Assembly (NCBI GenBank): GCA_038252055.1
Contig: JBBSAS010000001.1
Span: forward strand, 1 to 47,825
DNA: 47,825 nucleotides
DNA from: Candidatus Limnocylindrales bacterium
GTDB taxonomy: Bacteria > Chloroflexota > Limnocylindria > Limnocylindrales > CSP1-4
Direction: 5' to 3'
The notes under the pieces were generated by a model, which was not told where the DNA came from, did not search any database, and saw nothing but the letters and a program-made list of their open reading frames with translations. Shown piece after piece: positions 8,868 through 16,382 of this stretch (its first letter is position 1; every line of letters begins with the position of its first letter). The translations under genes and the position numbers were made by a program.

Positions 8868-8909
8868 ATGACCGAACGTCATGACGCGGCACGGGTGGGC
8901 CGGCACACT
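8868..8909 (+). promoter_or_regulatory. palindromic box module A (degenerate box ATGACCGAACGTCATGAC + N18 + CACACT)
   Basis: Member of the 8-copy family. Points at the hypothetical gene starting at 9020. Confidence 0.5.
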
Positions 8910-9019
8910 CGCGTCCACGCCCCGATCCGGGGATGCGATACGTGCGTCGTCTCGCGAGGCATTCGACCGATGGCCAGGCAGAAGCAGGGTAGAACCAGTT
9001 TCATGAGGATCCCCATCTG

Positions 9020-9436
9020 ATGCCGAGATTGCCCCGCCTCAACCGACTGGCAGCCCTCGCCGCGTTGCCGGCTGTGGGCGGGGTCCTCTCATCGACCGCG
9101 CGATCCGAGACCGCTCGAGACCTCGTGCGCAGAGGGGTGCGCGATCCGCGTGGTCTCGCCCGGTATCTGGCCCACCCTGCGACATCCATCGACCTGGTGC
9201 GACGAGCGAGCCAAGATCCCTCCGTGCGCGAACTGGTTAAGGCCGGTCTCCTGTTCACGCCCATTCGCTACTGGGCGATCGGTCAGGCCGCCATCTGGAG
9301 CGCCCGGAAGGTCGTCCGCCGCCCGCCCCGGGGCAGCCCCGCGGGACCACAGGTCCGGCCCGCTGTCCGGAATGTCACGCCGCCAGAGCGAACCGCAACG
9401 TTGAACCGTACTGACATCGGTGGGGGCTCTGAATGA
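9020..9436 (+). CDS. hypothetical protein
   Basis: ORF track. GAGGA lies 9 nt upstream of the ATG, codon usage is plausible, and I recognise no family. Confidence 0.45.
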   Translation: MPRLPRLNRLAALAALPAVGGVLSSTARSETARDLVRRGVRDPRGLARYLAHPATSIDLVRRASQDPSVRELVKAGLLFTPIRYWAIGQAAIWSARKVVRRPPRGSPAGPQVRPAVRNVTPPERTATLNRTDIGGGSE

Positions 9437-9695
9437 TCGGACTTCATCCGGCCTCGGTGGTCGCCCGTAACTGATGGTGGGCCCGCTCGGATGACGGACG
9501 AGGCTGTGAACGAATCCTGATCTGAAACGGTGAGGCCCTGACAGGTGACGGCCCCGGACACCTCGGCATGGTCACCGCGATCTTGAGATCAACCCGATCA
9601 CCCGCGCACCACGAGCGTCGGCGACACCCCACGCCGCGCCAACCCGCTGATCGCAGGCAAGCCCCGAAGGCGGCGCGTGCGGTGGCTCCGAGGCG

Positions 9696-9737
9696 ATGAC
9701 GAACCGTCATGACGCGGCGGTGTCGGGCCAACACACT
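9696..9737 (+). promoter_or_regulatory. palindromic box module B (ATGACGAACCGTCATGAC + N18 + CACACT)
   Basis: One mismatch to the consensus box. Points at the DUF5661-like gene. Confidence 0.55.
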
Positions 9738-9838
9738 GGCATCATGGTCCGTCCCTCGGGGACCCGGGAGGTCGCGTTTGAATGCGACCCGCACGTCGAT
9801 GCGCCACCGCCGGTCCCACGCAGCCGAAGGAGAATGTA

Positions 9839-10135
9839 GTGGGCACTGTCGATCTGGCCGCCAAGAAGGATTTCACGACCGATGAGGCGCGCGTCATCGC
9901 GGAGGAGCTCAAGATCGATTTCGAGGCCCTCGGGTGCGACCTCGACCAGTTCCGGATGGGGCTCGGCGTCGAGCTCGAACACGGGTCCCGCGACCCGGAG
10001 ACCGACGTCAGCCGCGACGATCCGATCGTCACCGGCAAGATCGCGCTCGCCCACCTGACGGAGTACCCGGACTACTACACGCGCCTGGCCGTCCTGGAAC
10101 GCGAGGCGGCTGCCCACAGGAAGGCGCAGAAGTAG
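9839..10135 (+). CDS. DUF5661-like small protein
   Basis: GTG 9839 preceded by GAAGGAGA. The sequence ...VELEHGSRDPETDVSRDDPIVTGKIALAHLTEYPDYYTRLAVLE resembles the family I recall as DUF5661 (from memory). Confidence 0.6.
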   Translation: MGTVDLAAKKDFTTDEARVIAEELKIDFEALGCDLDQFRMGLGVELEHGSRDPETDVSRDDPIVTGKIALAHLTEYPDYYTRLAVLEREAAAHRKAQK

Positions 10136-10136
10136 C

Positions 10137-10346
10137 GTGCGCGAAGATTCGCGACCGGCATGTATTGGTGGGCTGACGGCACGCTCGGGTTCGCGAGACG
10201 GCACGGACTTCAAGGACCAGGTCGGGAACGCCGGAGATGAGGCGCGCAAGGACCTCGGGAACCTGGGCGATGACGTCCGCACCGCGGGCCGTGAGCCGGA
10301 AGGTCCTCGGGACGACCCGGCCACGACGCCCGAGCGGCCGGCGTGA
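10137..10346 (+). CDS. small hydrophilic protein (start uncertain)
   Basis: The distal two thirds have about 88% third-position GC (DGTDFKDQVGNAGDEARKDLGNLGDDVRTAGRE...). It loosely resembles small general-stress proteins. The proximal part and the start codon are weak. Confidence 0.3.
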   Translation: MREDSRPACIGGLTARSGSRDGTDFKDQVGNAGDEARKDLGNLGDDVRTAGREPEGPRDDPATTPERPA

Positions 10347-10378
10347 AGCCGTCAACACGGACCCAAGTCGGAGATAGC

Positions 10379-10579
10379 ATGCCGTCAGAACCGCCTCAGG
10401 TCATCGTCATCAAGAAGGGCGACGACCACGGCTGCATCATTACCTTGCTCCTGGCGATCATCGCCTGGCCGCTCGCGGTCTTGTACCTCGTCATTCGAGC
10501 GGTGAAGTGGGTGATCGGGACAGGGATCGACTGGCTGACCCTGGGACCGCTTCGTCGTCGGCGCCGTCCGCGGTACTGA
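10379..10579 (+). CDS. small membrane protein (66 aa)
   Basis: ATG 10379 with GGAGA 4 nt upstream (short spacing). MPSEPPQVIVIKKGDDHGCIITLLLAIIAWPLAVLYLVIRAVKWVIG... has one or two TM helices and an RRRRRPRY tail. Confidence 0.55.
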   Translation: MPSEPPQVIVIKKGDDHGCIITLLLAIIAWPLAVLYLVIRAVKWVIGTGIDWLTLGPLRRRRRPRY

Positions 10580-10605
10580 TGGCACCGGGCTGAGCCGATG
10601 CCGGT

Positions 10606-11715
10606 TCACCCAGCAGCTGATCCCTGCCGGCCCGACGATGCCCGGGATGACCGCGCTGGGACCGGCGCCGTCTCGAGGAGATGGATGAGCTCGAGCTCCT
10701 CGCGCCTGTCGGCTGCGACCCCGAGCCCATGTCCGCCCTTCGTCGCTCGTCGGCGGGAGAGTGCCCCCGCGACGAATGCATCCATGACCCTCGGTGCGAT
10801 GTAGCTCTCGCGGCTGACTGCCGGCGTGTTGCCGAGCGCCTCGGCGACGAGCTTGGTCGAGCGCTTCATCGATCGGCGGATGGCGGGCTCCGATGACTCG
10901 ACAGGCGACCGGAGCGCTCGAAACGCGAGCAGCGTCCCCGCCCACGTCCGGTAGTCCTTCGCGCTGATGTCTGCTCCAGCCGTGGCGCGCAGGTACGCGT
11001 TCACGTCGGCCGAGTCGATCGGATGTGGCTCGCCAAGCTCGTCGACATACTCGAACAGCTCCTGGCCGGGCAGGTCCTGGCACCTGGCGACGATGCTCGC
11101 GAGACGCCGGTCACGGATCCCCACCTCGTGCAGTCGACCTCCCTTGCCCCGAAAGCGGAACTGGAGGCTCGTACCGCTCACCACGACGTGCCGGTTGCGA
11201 AGTGTCGTCAACCCGAACGAGCGATTGGTCCGAGCGTACTCCTCGTTCCCGACCCGGAGATAGGTGGTGTCGAGGAGTCGAACGACCGTGGCGACGACCT
11301 TGTCCTTCGTCAGGCCGGGCCGGCCCAGGTCGCGCGCGACACGGCGCCGGATCGCCGGCAGCGACCGGCCGAACGTCGACAGCCGGGCGAACTTCGAGCT
11401 GTCGCGGGCCGCCCGGAATCGCTCGTGGTAGCGGTACTGCTTGCGTCCTCGAGCGTCGCGCCCCACGGCCTGCAGGTGACCGGATGCGTCGCGGCACACC
11501 CAGACGTCAATCCAGGCGGGCGGGATGGCGAGCGCTCGGATCCGGGCGAGCACCTCGGGATCGTGGATGGGCTCACCGTCGGGCGCGAGGTACCGAAACC
11601 CTCGCCCTGCACGGACGCGCCGGAGACCCGGCTGTCGGTCGCTGGAGAATCGCAGGTCATCTGGAGGGCGGACCAGCTCGGGGGATGCGTTGCTCACTCG
11701 CGCCCGCCACCCCAA
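10606..11715 (-). CDS. DNA topoisomerase IB (poxvirus-like bacterial TopIB)
   Basis: Family-typical blocks: PPAWIDVWVC, GRDARGRKQYRYH, FGLTTLRNRHV, FRFRGKGG, DYRTWAGT, and the catalytic-Tyr region SRESYIAP. Confidence 0.8.
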   Translation of the reverse strand: MGWRARVSNASPELVRPPDDLRFSSDRQPGLRRVRAGRGFRYLAPDGEPIHDPEVLARIRALAIPPAWIDVWVCRDASGHLQAVGRDARGRKQYRYHERFRAARDSSKFARLSTFGRSLPAIRRRVARDLGRPGLTKDKVVATVVRLLDTTYLRVGNEEYARTNRSFGLTTLRNRHVVVSGTSLQFRFRGKGGRLHEVGIRDRRLASIVARCQDLPGQELFEYVDELGEPHPIDSADVNAYLRATAGADISAKDYRTWAGTLLAFRALRSPVESSEPAIRRSMKRSTKLVAEALGNTPAVSRESYIAPRVMDAFVAGALSRRRATKGGHGLGVAADRREELELIHLLETAPVPARSSRASSGRQGSAAG

Positions 11716-11817
11716 GCCTGCCTCAGGCGCGCGGCCAGCCCAGGCTTCGCCGGCCGGCCGACCGCGACGAGGCGGCCGGGTCTATCGCGGCCCAGGCCAA
11801 CGCCCATGCGAAGGCAG

Positions 11818-12294
11818 TCAGGTCGCTGGCGAAGCTGCCGTGTCCGGTGCGGCATGAGCTGATGGTCCTCGGTCACGACGTGCTCGCAGCGCACGAGGTG
11901 CAACGGGTCGCGCCTGGCTGATGACGATGGCGCGGGCGAGAAGCTCCTCGGGCGAGAAGGGCATCGTCAGGATGTCGTCGACGCCGAGATCGAAGGCCCG
12001 CAACTTCGTCTTGAGGCTACTCCATCGGGTGAGCCCGAGGACCGGCGTCCCGCTCCGCTTGAGGCTGTTCGAGGCTCCCAGCAACTTGAGCAGCGCCCTG
12101 CTGTCGTCGTGGTCCATGTCGACCACGGACATGTTGGGCGACCACTGGGCCACGATCGCCTTCGCCTCGGCGAGGTTGCTCGCAGCCCGGACGACAAAGG
12201 GGCCGAGAGTGAGCGTCAGCGTGATGAGGCCTACGGCGAGAGGGCGATCGTGGAGCACGAGCACCCGGCGTGCTTCGACTGACGGTGCGCTCAC
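11818..12294 (-). CDS. receiver-domain-only, 3'-truncated paralogue of the atypical OmpR-family regulator at 26939-27721 (possibly a pseudogene)
   Basis: GTG 12294 gives VSAPSVEARRVLVLHDRPLAVGLITLTL...DDILTMPFSPEELLARAIV. It matches the other copy at roughly 85% by eye at nucleotide level. Homology stops near 11900-11925, and the wHTH output domain is missing. Confidence 0.5.
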   Translation of the reverse strand: MSAPSVEARRVLVLHDRPLAVGLITLTLTLGPFVVRAASNLAEAKAIVAQWSPNMSVVDMDHDDSRALLKLLGASNSLKRSGTPVLGLTRWSSLKTKLRAFDLGVDDILTMPFSPEELLARAIVISQARPVAPRALRARRDRGPSAHAAPDTAASPAT

Positions 12295-12472
12295 CTGATG
12301 TGTCCCATCCTCACACGAGGTGGGCTGCCGCCGTGAGTCCGAGCGCCGCGCCGGCCACCGCGACGATGGGGACGAGAAGTGCCAGCAGCGGTGACGTCGC
12401 CGAGACCGCGAGCATGGATGGCATCGTCGGTCGTGACCTCGATATCGACCTGGTGAGCGATCAACCGGCGCC

Positions 12473-12514
12473 AGTGTTTCGTCTCGAGGCTGCTGTGTCA
12501 TGACGGTCCGTCAT
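12473..12514 (-). promoter_or_regulatory. palindromic box module C (perfect box + N18 + AACACT)
   Basis: Points at the truncated regulator gene (start 12294). Confidence 0.6.
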
Positions 12515-12671
12515 CGGAGGGCTGCGAGTGGTTGTTTGGGGACGGGACCTCGCGGCGCCTCAGCGTGATCTCTTTGTGACGGAAGCGGCACGATCCACCT
12601 CCATGAAGAAGGCTTCGACGTCAAGGGCCGCGATCAAGCCGCGACGTCCTCGGGTCGCGATGCCGGGCGTC

Positions 12672-12713
12672 ATGACGGACCGTCATGACGGACCGACGGT
12701 GGGCCGAGATACT
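12672..12713 (+). promoter_or_regulatory. palindromic box module D (perfect box + N18 + GATACT)
   Basis: Points at the 29-aa peptide gene and the Zn peptidase. Confidence 0.6.
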
Positions 12714-12819
12714 GGCATTCGCCAAGGCATCCTCGCGGGGAGGCAGCACGCGCACCAGCGCGATCCGCGCCCCGACGCGACGGCTCAACGGCCTTGCCAG
12801 TCCCGAATAGGAGATCGTG

Positions 12820-12909
12820 ATGAACGCAAGAAGCGGTGGCATTGGGATCATCGGCGTGATCGTCATCGTCGTGGTGATCCTCTTCCTGGTCGGCGTCATC
12901 AAGGTGTGA
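12820..12909 (+). CDS. 29-aa hydrophobic mini-protein
   Basis: MNARSGGIGIIGVIVIVVVILFLVGVIKV. AGGAGA lies 5 nt upstream of the ATG, and third positions are GC-rich. Below the ORF-track size cut-off. Confidence 0.5.
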   Translation: MNARSGGIGIIGVIVIVVVILFLVGVIKV

Positions 12910-13029
12910 GTCCCAGGGTTGAGTGCGTCCTCGCTCACCCTGAGATCACCCGATTCCGGTCCGCGCCTCGATCGCGCCGATTGATCGTTGGATCGAGGCA
13001 TCGTGTGGCGCCCGCGGGAGGCTCGCGAG

Positions 13030-13923
13030 ATGTCGTTCAACCCGGGCGCGAAGCTCGATCCATCGCAGGTCGAGGACGTCCGCGGGTCGCGGGTCGGGGG
13101 GCGCGGCCTGGCCGCCGGCGGCGGTGGGATCGCGATCATCGTGACCCTCGTGTGGGTCCTCCTGGGTGGCAGCCCGACGACCGGCGGGACACTGGGCAGC
13201 CTGGTCGACCAGACGATCGGTGGCGGCGCTGGCGAGCCCGGGCCCGCCAGCAGCGCCCTGGCCAACGAGTGCAAGACCGGGGCCGACGCCAACGCCGGAG
13301 AGGACTGCCGGATCGTCGGCTACGTCAACAGCATCCAGGCCTACTGGACTGACGAGTTCGCCGCCAGGGATCAGCGCTACGTCGGGGCCAGGACCCGCTT
13401 CTTCACCGAGCAGATCAGCACCGGCTGCGGCGTCGCGTCGTCGGCCAGCGGTCCGTTCTACTGCCCGAGCGACACCTACGTCTACATCGATCTTGGGTTC
13501 TTCGACGAGCTGCGCTCGACGTTCGGCGCCCAGGGAGGCCCGTTCGCGCAGGCCTACATCCTCGCCCACGAGTACGGGCACCACGTCCAGGATCTTGGCG
13601 GAACGCTGTCAGGCGGGACCAGCCAGGAAGGGCAGGCCGGGCAGTCGGTCCGGACCGAGCTCCAGGCCGACTGCTACGCCGGCGTCTGGGCGAGCCACGC
13701 GGCCGCGACGGGCTACCTCGTGAAGCTCACGGACGCGGAGATCGCCGATGCCCTTGATGCGGCGGCCGCCGTTGGCGACGACCGGATCCAGCAGGAGATG
13801 CAGGGCCAGGTCAACCCAGAGACTTGGACGCATGGCTCGTCCGCCCAGCGCCAGAAATGGTTCACGGTCGGCTACCAGACGGGGTCGCCGGACCATTGCG
13901 ACACGTTCAGCGGCAACCCCTGA
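13030..13923 (+). CDS. neutral zinc metallopeptidase (YpfJ family)
   Basis: [19 protein letters not shown] start, one TM segment, and the HExxH motif [10 protein letters not shown]. The C-terminal part is family-like. Confidence 0.8.
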   Translation: MSFNPGAKLDPSQVEDVRGSRVGGRGLAAGGGGIAIIVTLVWVLLGGSPTTGGTLGSLVDQTIGGGAGEPGPASSALANECKTGADANAGEDCRIVGYVNSIQAYWTDEFAARDQRYVGARTRFFTEQISTGCGVASSASGPFYCPSDTYVYIDLGFFDELRSTFGAQGGPFAQAYILAHEYGHHVQDLGGTLSGGTSQEGQAGQSVRTELQADCYAGVWASHAAATGYLVKLTDAEIADALDAAAAVGDDRIQQEMQGQVNPETWTHGSSAQRQKWFTVGYQTGSPDHCDTFSGNP

Positions 13924-14024
13924 GTCCAGGACGGACGCAGCCCTGGATGCTCTTTGGTGCGCCACGTTGTTCGTGGCCGGATCCCGCTGCACTGGGGGAG
14001 CGGACGATCGGGCGGCCGCTGAAC

Positions 14025-14099
14025 ATGGTCGGATGGATCACGACCGGCGTGATGTGCCTGGCCGCGATCGGCCTCATCGTGACGACGATCCCAGGGTAG
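14025..14099 (+). CDS. 24-aa hydrophobic mini-ORF (tentative)
   Basis: MVGWITTGVMCLAAIGLIVTTIPG has about 90% third-position GC, but no convincing RBS. Confidence 0.25.
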   Translation: MVGWITTGVMCLAAIGLIVTTIPG

Positions 14100-14363
14100 A
14101 CCTTCTCCACCTCGCGCCGGGACGGCGAGCGGACGACAAGCAGACCCGCGGTGGGCACCAAAGAGAACGCCCGAAGGAACCGCGATCACTAGTTGCTTCA
14201 GCCAATGTAAACACCGGCCGAATCACTAGATGTTCGAAGCCCCTTCGAGCGACTGTATAGTAGCGCCGGCCTGCGCGGAGCGTCAAGTGCCAATCGGCAC
14301 AGCGCGGAGTTGTAACGCTGGCCCTGGGAACTGTCCCTGATCGCGCCCAGCGTCGAGGCGACG

Positions 14364-14549
14364 ATGTCGGTCCTCGGGAGCGTGGCGGCCGGATGCGTGC
14401 TCGACTTCGGGGCGGCCTTGGGGGTCGGGGGTGGGGTGGGCGCTGATCGAGGTCAGGGCCGCGACGAGCAAGAGGTGATCCGCCCTGGGCCCGAGACGAT
14501 GGCGATCCCACGGCGGCGAGGCGCTCGGACTTCCGAGGACCCACGTTGA
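14364..14549 (+). CDS. 61-aa small protein (tentative)
   Basis: ORF track. GAGG lies 5 nt upstream of the ATG. The N-terminal half is hydrophobic (MSVLGSVAAGCVLDFGAALGVGGGVGA) with GC-rich third positions, and the C-terminal half is weaker. Confidence 0.25.
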   Translation: MSVLGSVAAGCVLDFGAALGVGGGVGADRGQGRDEQEVIRPGPETMAIPRRRGARTSEDPR

Positions 14550-14609
14550 GAAAGCTCCTGGATCGGACGCCAGAAGCGGATGCGTCAGGGCCGCACCCCC
14601 GAGGCGCTC

Positions 14610-14702
14610 CTACCCGCGGAGACGACCGCGCCCGAAGTAGCCCAGAATGAAGAGCACGATCAGGACGATGACGACGACGATGACGATGGTTTCGAAACTC
14701 AT
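14610..14702 (-). CDS. 30-aa hydrophobic mini-protein
   Basis: MSFETIVIVVVIVLIVLFILGYFGRGRLRG. AGAGGCGG lies upstream, and the gene sits directly downstream of module E. Below the ORF-track cut-off. Confidence 0.5.
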   Translation of the reverse strand: MSFETIVIVVVIVLIVLFILGYFGRGRLRG

Positions 14703-14797
14703 GGTTGGGTGCCGCCTCTTGATCGAAGCTCGGGAAACCACGCCTATTCAGACCGGGCGCAGCACGCCGCCTTGGGGCGGCGACTCGAGCGGACCTC

Positions 14798-14839
14798 AAT
14801 GTGCGGCCTGAGGGCGATTGCGTCATGACGGTCCGTCAT
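14798..14839 (-). promoter_or_regulatory. palindromic box module E (perfect box + N18 + CACATT)
   Basis: Points at the 30-aa peptide gene (start 14702). Confidence 0.6.
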
Positions 14840-14878
14840 CCATGGACTGCTGCGTGCCCACTCGGCCCGCAGTTGCCG

Positions 14879-15130
14879 CTACCCGGCCTTCCGTGCCCGC
14901 GCGCGCTGGACGCAGACGCGACTCCGTTCGCGATTGAGCGTGCAGGCACAATCAGGGCAGTACCGCTGGGCCGGCGACCGGGGATGGGCGGACTCTCCAA
15001 GGCGCCGGCAGCGGATCTGGGACCGGCTGCGCCATTCCCGCGGTCGAGGAGGGCGGGGGAGTCGGAGTTCGGCCGCTGGGGTGCCTCGCGCAATCAGTAA
15101 CCGGCCGGCACCCGCCCGCCGGAGCCACCT
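14879..15130 (-). pseudogene. zinc-ribbon mini-gene paralogue copy 2, start codon replaced (AGG instead of ATG)
   Basis: RWLRRAGAGRLLIARGTPAAELRLPRPPRPREWRSRSQIRCRRLGESAHPRSPAQRYCPDCACTLNRERSRVCVQRARARKAG*. There is no in-frame ATG/GTG/TTG upstream, and the first CxxC is degraded. Confidence 0.4.
15083..15128. repeat. 46-bp perfect direct repeat, copy 2
   Basis: Identical to 8305-8350. Confidence 0.9.
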
Positions 15131-15216
15131 GCTGGGCGGGGCTGATCCACGAGTACGAAATCGCCGCGTGACGACTCGGCTATTGGCACCCCACGCGGTA
15201 TCGGGACAGCTCTCCC

Positions 15217-15483
15217 TCAGCGGCGGAGAAGACCACGCGAACCGGTCGCGAGATGCACCACGAAGACGACCGCGATCGCGCCGAGCGTGGCGATCACGAT
15301 GCTCTCGATGTTGATCCCATCGACGGTGCCCATCTTGAGCACGGTCGCGGCGACGTACCCGCCCACGAGGCCGCCGACGATGCCGAGAACGACCATCATC
15401 AGCAGGCCCTCACGTGCGCGCATGACCTTGCTGGCCAGGAAGCCGGCGATGGCGCCGACGACGATCCAGGAGATGAAGCCCAT
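15217..15483 (-). CDS. GlsB/YeaQ/YmgE-family stress-response membrane protein
   Basis: MGFISWIVVGAIAGFLASKVM...GIVGGLVGG, the typical transglycosylase-associated family pattern. GGAAGGAA is the RBS. Confidence 0.8.
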   Translation of the reverse strand: MGFISWIVVGAIAGFLASKVMRAREGLLMMVVLGIVGGLVGGYVAATVLKMGTVDGINIESIVIATLGAIAVVFVVHLATGSRGLLRR

Positions 15484-15587
15484 TGCAGGCGTTCCTTCCG
15501 TGACGCGCGGCCCACCCTGGGCCGACGCGGTCCGCGGACGAGGCCCCGTCCGCCGAGGGACCGCGACCACGCGGTCAGGTGCTGGGG

Positions 15588-16022
15588 TCAGGCCGGCTCG
15601 CGCCGGAAGATCCCGACGGCCCAGATCACGATCAGCTCGAGGACCGTCCAGCCGATGAATGCCAGGATGGCGGCGAGATCGAGCACCGAACCGCCCTTCG
15701 CGAGGTAGTCCTGGTTCAGGATGCCGTTGAACGGCGCGATGAAGACCTGGCTGACATCCAGGATGCCCCTGACGAGCGCGTTGCCCGTGCGGGCATCGAG
15801 GAGGAGCAGGACGATCCGCAGCCCGATGACGATCTGGATGAGCCCGAACACCAAGACGATGATCCGGCGGGTCAGTTCCGAGCCGCCGGGGCCTGGCCGC
15901 GTGATCTGCCGGCTGTCCGTCCGGGCCGACTCCTGGACCGGGGCCGCTGGCTGCGTCGCCTGGACCGGGGCCGCCGGGGACCCTTGGGTGTCGACCGTAC
16001 GGTCGACGTGGTCGATGGGCAT
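15588..16022 (-). CDS. YggT-family membrane protein with a disordered N-terminus
   Basis: ATG 16022 preceded by AAGGAGA. The C-terminal half RIIVLVFGLIQIVIGLRIVLLLLDA...VFIAPFNGIL...LAAILAFIGWTVLELI is YggT-like. Confidence 0.7.
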   Translation of the reverse strand: MPIDHVDRTVDTQGSPAAPVQATQPAAPVQESARTDSRQITRPGPGGSELTRRIIVLVFGLIQIVIGLRIVLLLLDARTGNALVRGILDVSQVFIAPFNGILNQDYLAKGGSVLDLAAILAFIGWTVLELIVIWAVGIFRREPA

Positions 16023-16177
16023 GACGTCTCCTTGTCCGCTGCGGCAGCCGTCAGCGGCGAACTCCGCCTGGAGCGGGCTCACGGGTCACAGGCCGCCGCC
16101 GCCGTTCGTCGGCTGACCCCGATGCGTGCTATCTGATCTAGTTACGCCGCGCGCGATGACTTCGCAGGCGTGACAGC

Positions 16178-16219
16178 ACTGTGTGCCAAGCAACCCTGTG
16201 CGTCATGACGGTCCGTCAT
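16178..16219 (-). promoter_or_regulatory. palindromic box module F (perfect box + N18 + CACAGT)
   Basis: Points at the yggT-like/glsB-like pair. Confidence 0.6.
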
Positions 16220-16382
16220 CTGCCCGGCCACCACGACCTGATGGCGGGATCGGACCGCGGCGACGTACCGCGCATTGAACGAGCCGCGGTCAGGCTCGCC
16301 GGGCGTCATGCCGGGCCCCTGCGCGCGCGGCTCCGCGACGGGCCCGCCAACCGAACGTCAGTCCTTGACCGACCTCTCAATA

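Noticed and set aside
3335-15130. Calling a mobile element, integrative island or prophage feature.
   Set aside because: The tRNA-end repeats and accessory gene content are suggestive. But I found no integrase, transposase, excisionase or terminal inverted repeats, so this is reported as a finding only, not as a feature.
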